Shown here in pieces: positions 60,501-64,000 of a DNA stretch of 64,000 nt. The position numbers and the translations under genes were made by a program. Location of the stretch: the NCBI GenBank assembly GCA_963777505.1, contig CAVZQN010000004.1:128001-192000 (forward strand). Reading direction: 5' to 3'. Under the pieces are notes generated by a model. It did no database searches. It worked only from the letters and a program-made list of their open reading frames with translations, and had not been told where the DNA came from. Numbering within the stretch: the first letter of the stretch is position 1; each line of letters opens with the position of its first letter. The DNA comes from an uncultured bacterium. Its GTDB lineage: Bacteria; Acidobacteriota; HRBIN11; JAKEFK01.

Positions 60501-63385
60501 AGTTGATAGCTGAAAAGATCACCGCCTTCTACACTGAACAAAACATAACTGCCGCTTGCGGGAACATGAATCATTACAGGTGCTTTTTGGCCTGTGCGAA
60601 CCGTATCTTTATCAACAATCAGTTCAAGCCCGCCATGTCTGTATCCCAATTCAGTTGTTGCATTCGTAGCAACCCAAACTGTGGTCTCGCTAACGATTTG
60701 CACAGGCAGTAAGTCTGGCGCTGAATCTTCACTGCTCCATGCAACGCGATAATATCCTTCACGTTCAGCCTTAAATGAAATTTCTCCTTCACCTTCAGCG
60801 CTTGTTTTCACAACGCGAGTCAAAATGTCATCGTGTTGATATCCTCTGAACTTTAAACGCCAGGGTTTTTCTGGCACAGAAGGCGGCGGCGGAAAAATTG
60901 CAAGCCGTTTACGAATTTCATCCAGCTCTTTCCCGGAGATTTCATTGCCGTCAGGATCAATCCAGATTTCGTACCAGTAATCCCGAGTTATTTTTACATT
61001 GCCTTCCGCTTGAATCGGTTGACTATTTGCATCAATTGTTTTGATGTTTATTTTGACTGTATCTGCAGGCCGATAAAGATAATGCTCCGGATTCTGATGG
61101 ACGAAGTAACGCTGACGTGTAACTCGAACCGAATCACTGGCGATGATTTCGCGTCGTGATGCATCGGTGACACGCGCTTCAATCCTGTACTCCTGATCTT
61201 GTTGTTGCCCGTAGGGCGTCTCAATTTTTAATACGGCTTTTCCTGACGCATCTGTTTTTAAAGTTTCGCGTTTCATGATCTGGCCTTGGCCGTACCACAT
61301 TCTTTGCTGCTGGAAATCCTCGTAAAACCAGGAATACTCACGGTGCGGATACCACCAGTGATGAAAAGGATTTTGGTAAATCACGACTTCTACATTCGCA
61401 TTTGCAACAGGACCGCCGAAGTAATATTCAGCTTGAATATTGACATCGACTGTTTCGCCAAGCCGGAATGATTTCTTTTTTCCATTTTCTTCCGGTGTCT
61501 TGATCGTTACCTGGAACTCAGGAAGTTTATATTCTTCAAGTCTGAACAAAGATGCTGATCCAATCGAACGTTTCTCTGAGTCATAAAAAATGACTTGATA
61601 TTCACCGAGCGGCATCGATTCATTTACCGGAATGTTTCCCCAGGCGCTTCCAAATGCGTTCAATGTGATTGCTTGTTCATGAATCTTAGTTCCGCGAGGA
61701 TCGGTAACTTCCATCTGCAACTTTGTTTCTGTTGGATTACGGTAGCCGTTTGACTCCAACACACGTGCGATGATCTTCCATTGAACATCATCGCCAGGTC
61801 TGTACGCAGGGCGGTCGGTGAAAGCATAAATCTTCCAGCCTTGCGCAGGATTGTAATAAGAATTGTATCCACCGCTGAATGCAGTGCGGTCTACTTTCAT
61901 TGCAGTAGCAAGCAGCTCATTGCTGGTTTGATCTTCAAGCAGATCGATCTTTGCAAGTCCATCCTTATCTGTCACTGCTTCGTGTGAGCGCCAGAAATAT
62001 TGCGAATTGGAATAATACTTTTGCCAGAGTTTTATCCGGGCAGTTTCTATAGGGGCACCTGTTTTCACATCGCAAAAGTAGACCAGAGCTTTGCGGCCAG
62101 CAGCTTTGACTACAAGGGAGCTTTCGGTAACCAGAAGAATGTCTCGTGCTTGAAGATCGCCTGCGCGTGCTACCAATACGTACGAGCCGGGCTTGAGTGA
62201 ATCTTCCAGCCGTAAGGATTCTTGTCCTGGAATATGATTTCCTGCATCGGCGATATCTTTACTCCAGTTTTTAACGGGTTCACGTAACTGAATTTGATGA
62301 ATCCAATTTCCATCCGAAGTATTTTGCAAATTGAGATCGCGCGTGAGATCTACAGGATATAGAGCGAGATCAATTTTCTTAAGGTTGCGCCATGTAAGAT
62401 AGTATTGAATTTCAGAACCAGGTAAAAAGAGATTGGAGATTGTTAGAGAAAGTACAGGTTTTGTAATGTTCTCAATTTCGTTTTTAGCTTGATCGTAGTA
62501 TCGTGTTTCGCCTTTTGAATATTGGGTTATGAGTTGTCGATATAACTCCAGTGCTCTTTTAAAATCAGGTTCACGTCTCCATGTTCCATCTTGATTCCGC
62601 ACCATCCGTCCTGATTGGGAAAGCCACTGTGCATAGTTGAACAGTGCATCATCGTGCCAATCGGTAGTTTTGCCAGCCTTCAGAGCTTCTTCGAATTCAC
62701 GCGGTACTCGAGCGGACATATCGCCCGATTGATAACGCAGGGTCATTGCAATTAAGTAATGAGCATGAGCGCGATCCGAATCTTTGGTTGCAATTTTGAG
62801 GACATTTTCAAGAACAGGAAGGGAAATAGTATTTCCGTAGTACCCGTAATAGTAATAGGGTTCCACGCGCGGAGGAGCGGCCATCGTCCAAACGATTTTC
62901 AAATAACGATCGCGAGCTAATTCAATTTGATCAGAACCAGCCCACCAATCCAACGCTTTATCGTAGTAAGGCAGTGCTTGGCCCCAGTTTCTTGCGAATT
63001 GTGCTTCCCAATAGGAATCACCAAGTGATTCCTGCACTTCAGCCCAAAGCTGATCGCGTTCATCTTCACGCACTACATCACGCACAAGCTGTTCAAGCTG
63101 CTGGCGCGCTTTATCGATATTCGTTGTATCGGGAGATTGCGTTGAAGCTTCTGATCGCCAGAGTGAGTCTGCTAGTTTGAACTTCAGCCAGCGTATTTGA
63201 TCTGCTGGAAGTTTTGATGGATCCAGTTTTTGATAAAGTTCATAAGCGCGCGCATACGAACCTTCACGATAATATCGTTCAGCTTCTTTCTGGATCTCAG
63301 TTGGATCCATTTGTTGTGCAAGTAACGTCGTAAGACCAAGCCCGATTCCTACGAATAGTCCCAATAACCTCAGCTTCCCTTTCAT
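57551..63385 (-). CDS. Bacterial alpha-2-macroglobulin with a helical/TPR-like N-terminal extension
   Basis: TDRPAYRPGD, EEYKLPEF, RTDF..TAFW.P, PDSLT.W, thioester PYGCTEQT, DGGWGWW, WSNTRDT, MYVPE. Confidence 0.95.
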   Translation of the reverse strand: MKGKLRLLGLFVGIGLGLTTLLAQQMDPTEIQKEAERYYREGSYARAYELYQKLDPSKLPADQIRWLKFKLADSLWRSEASTQSPDTTNIDKARQQLEQLVRDVVREDERDQLWAEVQESLGDSYWEAQFARNWGQALPYYDKALDWWAGSDQIELARDRYLKIVWTMAAPPRVEPYYYYGYYGNTISLPVLENVLKIATKDSDRAHAHYLIAMTLRYQSGDMSARVPREFEEALKAGKTTDWHDDALFNYAQWLSQSGRMVRNQDGTWRREPDFKRALELYRQLITQYSKGETRYYDQAKNEIENITKPVLSLTISNLFLPGSEIQYYLTWRNLKKIDLALYPVDLTRDLNLQNTSDGNWIHQIQLREPVKNWSKDIADAGNHIPGQESLRLEDSLKPGSYVLVARAGDLQARDILLVTESSLVVKAAGRKALVYFCDVKTGAPIETARIKLWQKYYSNSQYFWRSHEAVTDKDGLAKIDLLEDQTSNELLATAMKVDRTAFSGGYNSYYNPAQGWKIYAFTDRPAYRPGDDVQWKIIARVLESNGYRNPTETKLQMEVTDPRGTKIHEQAITLNAFGSAWGNIPVNESMPLGEYQVIFYDSEKRSIGSASLFRLEEYKLPEFQVTIKTPEENGKKKSFRLGETVDVNIQAEYYFGGPVANANVEVVIYQNPFHHWWYPHREYSWFYEDFQQQRMWYGQGQIMKRETLKTDASGKAVLKIETPYGQQQDQEYRIEARVTDASRREIIASDSVRVTRQRYFVHQNPEHYLYRPADTVKINIKTIDANSQPIQAEGNVKITRDYWYEIWIDPDGNEISGKELDEIRKRLAIFPPPPSVPEKPWRLKFRGYQHDDILTRVVKTSAEGEGEISFKAEREGYYRVAWSSEDSAPDLLPVQIVSETTVWVATNATTELGYRHGGLELIVDKDTVRTGQKAPVMIHVPASGSYVLFSVEGGDLFSYQLIHMTGTVKLIELPIEEKHVPNIFLNAVMVNDRQIFMDTKQVVVPPVKNFLQVQVKSDREQYQPGEEGTLSVTTKDADGNPVAAELALSLSDESVSYIQQDYAGDPRQFFFGEKRSQTVQTFSTFQQKSYVDLKRRDFDDRERQELGNKLEFDAVGGAMAQSESKVGADQAAPPPPAVAGARRNARVAEKALAKEALAAPEEAAVEVRTDFRATAFWKPDVVTDKTGIATVRVKYPDSLTAWKATARVASNSNQFGIGDATTKTRKPLIVRLQAPRFFVVGDRVTISGVINNNTEKAFSVSTTLEASGLAIGEAGLKTTSVTVEPNSEKRVDWNVEVREAGLAKLRVTSRGGEFADAMEKTYPVFEHGIEKLLVKSGKVRGQEVTIQLNIPAARKKDSTSLSLQVTPSMAVTMLDALPYLIDYPYGCTEQTMSRFLPAVLVAKTINDLNLKKTANQNYGGIVEEHLAKTHPEGKKDLKKLSDMVNAGLQRLYDFQHQDGGWGWWKEGESDHFMTGYVVWGFTLARAAGVEVREDALNRGAEFLAKELVEQEDSYDMQSWMLHALSSYKAQIKSGPGDYEQKALANLWKNKDRLNAYTRALLALSAHQYGDREKASVLIRNLENGVKRDQAPDTSILIKGQETSESVMGTAHWGEDGIYWRWSDGGVEATAFVLRALLAIDPQNTLIEPVSNWLIKNRRGAQWSNTRDTAFVLYTLTDYLKVSQELKTDLEFDVLVNGSHIATQRVTPASVLSAPSLFRIKQELLRDGNNEIQIRKKSGNGPLYFSTEAKFFSLEEPVTAAGNEIFVKREYFRLSGKPTLLKGYTYDRVPLTDSGEVKSGERVEVVVTIEAKNNYEYLVFEDLKPAGLEAVEIRSGESLFATELKSGAVERKLGNKKEQSKISAPQEQSEDHTGRTRWVYQELRDRKVALFIDKLPQGVWQIRYSLRAEVPGQFHALPLLGHAMYVPEIRANGEELRIRVSDVN

Positions 63386-63460
63386 GTATAAAGTCTCCTC
63401 GATAGGTCCACATAATTAGACATCATCTTTGAACGTACGCAAGTCTTGAAAGATTCATTT

Positions 63461-63563
63461 TTTGTAGAAAGGTACGCAGTTCGCACGCATTAATGCGGGC
63501 GAACAGTACCGTAAGACTAACGGAACTGCCTAGCATTCGCCCGGCTGCGTGCCTTACTACAAA
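63461..63563. other. Structured intergenic element (GTAG-terminated MITE-like element or ncRNA candidate)
   Basis: Imperfect 20-bp terminal inverted repeats TTTGTAGAAAGGTACGCAGT / GCTGCGTGCCTTACTACAAA enclose two internal hairpins. Confidence 0.5.
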
Positions 63564-63594
63564 TACCTTATATACTTAGCCAAGAGCCGAAACG

Positions 63595-64000
63595 ATGAAT
63601 GAATATGAGAAGTTAGGAGCATTTCTATCTCGGGAAGGAATACGACCTTCGTGAGGGCAAACGCAAAGAAAATCTCATTCTTTATGACTCGAAAGATCTT
63701 TTAACACATGGGCTCTGTGTCGGGATGACCGGCAGCGGAAAAACAGGATTATGTATCGATTTGCTTGAAGAAGCAGCAATCGATGGAATACCGTCTATTG
63801 TGATCGATCCCAAAGGAGATCTTGGAAATTTATTGCTTCAATTTCCGAACTTGAGCGCTCAAGAATTTTTGCCATGGATTAATGAAGAAGACGCGCGTAA
63901 GAAAGGATTGGATCCTGAAGCTTTCGCGAAGCAGCAAGCTGATTTATGGCGGAATGGACTTGCTGAATGGCATCAAGATGGATCGCGCATCCGCCGGTTA
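63595..64000 (+). CDS. HerA/FtsK-like P-loop ATPase (DUF87/DUF853-like), 5' part only; +1 indel near 63633
   Basis: [10 protein letters not shown] then, in the next frame, [40 protein letters not shown]; runs off the window. Confidence 0.85.

Noticed and set aside
1056-63180. Many 60-190 aa overlapping or antisense ORFs in the track
   Set aside because: They are shadows of well-supported genes and show no recognisable motifs
63595-64000. HerA-like ATPase as part of an anti-phage defence system
   Set aside because: Only the 5' end is visible and no nuclease or Sir2 partner is in the window, so it cannot be supported

Overview
A 64-kb bacterial chromosomal window with moderately low GC. The TolB-like/TPR Ser/Thr kinases, TonB-C protein and GT-C glycosyltransferases look Acidobacteria-like, but that is an inference. 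I see no rRNA, tRNA, CRISPR array or transposase. The main feature is an unusual potassium-uptake (kdp) locus at about 11.3-25.0 kb. kdpE is followed by three KdpD-derived membrane proteins. (1) A short DUF4118-HisKA-HATPase kinase that has no sensor domains. (2) A full-length KdpD sensor whose H-box His is replaced by Phe and whose ATPase domain is replaced by a PTS EIIA (PtsN-like) domain that keeps the AIPH phospho-His. (3) A DUF4118-GAF protein with no output domain. After these come a Hanks-type kinase, an outer-membrane porin preceded by KdpE-type boxes, an unannotated 28-aa membrane peptide, and kdpFABC. Next to it is a boxR-boxC-boxB aerobic benzoyl-CoA cluster with no boxA. The window also holds fbaB, an FHA-GAF histidine kinase, three GT-C-like membrane proteins, trmO, glgX, an M16 peptidase, an ECF/anti-sigma pair, a wHTH regulon with a visible palindromic operator, solA, an alpha-2-macroglobulin and the 5' part of a HerA-like ATPase. 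Two dispersed intergenic repeat families are abundant. Many genes at 9.2-9.4 kb and 18.9-29.2 kb are broken by single-base indels, almost all +1, which most likely reflect long-read errors.
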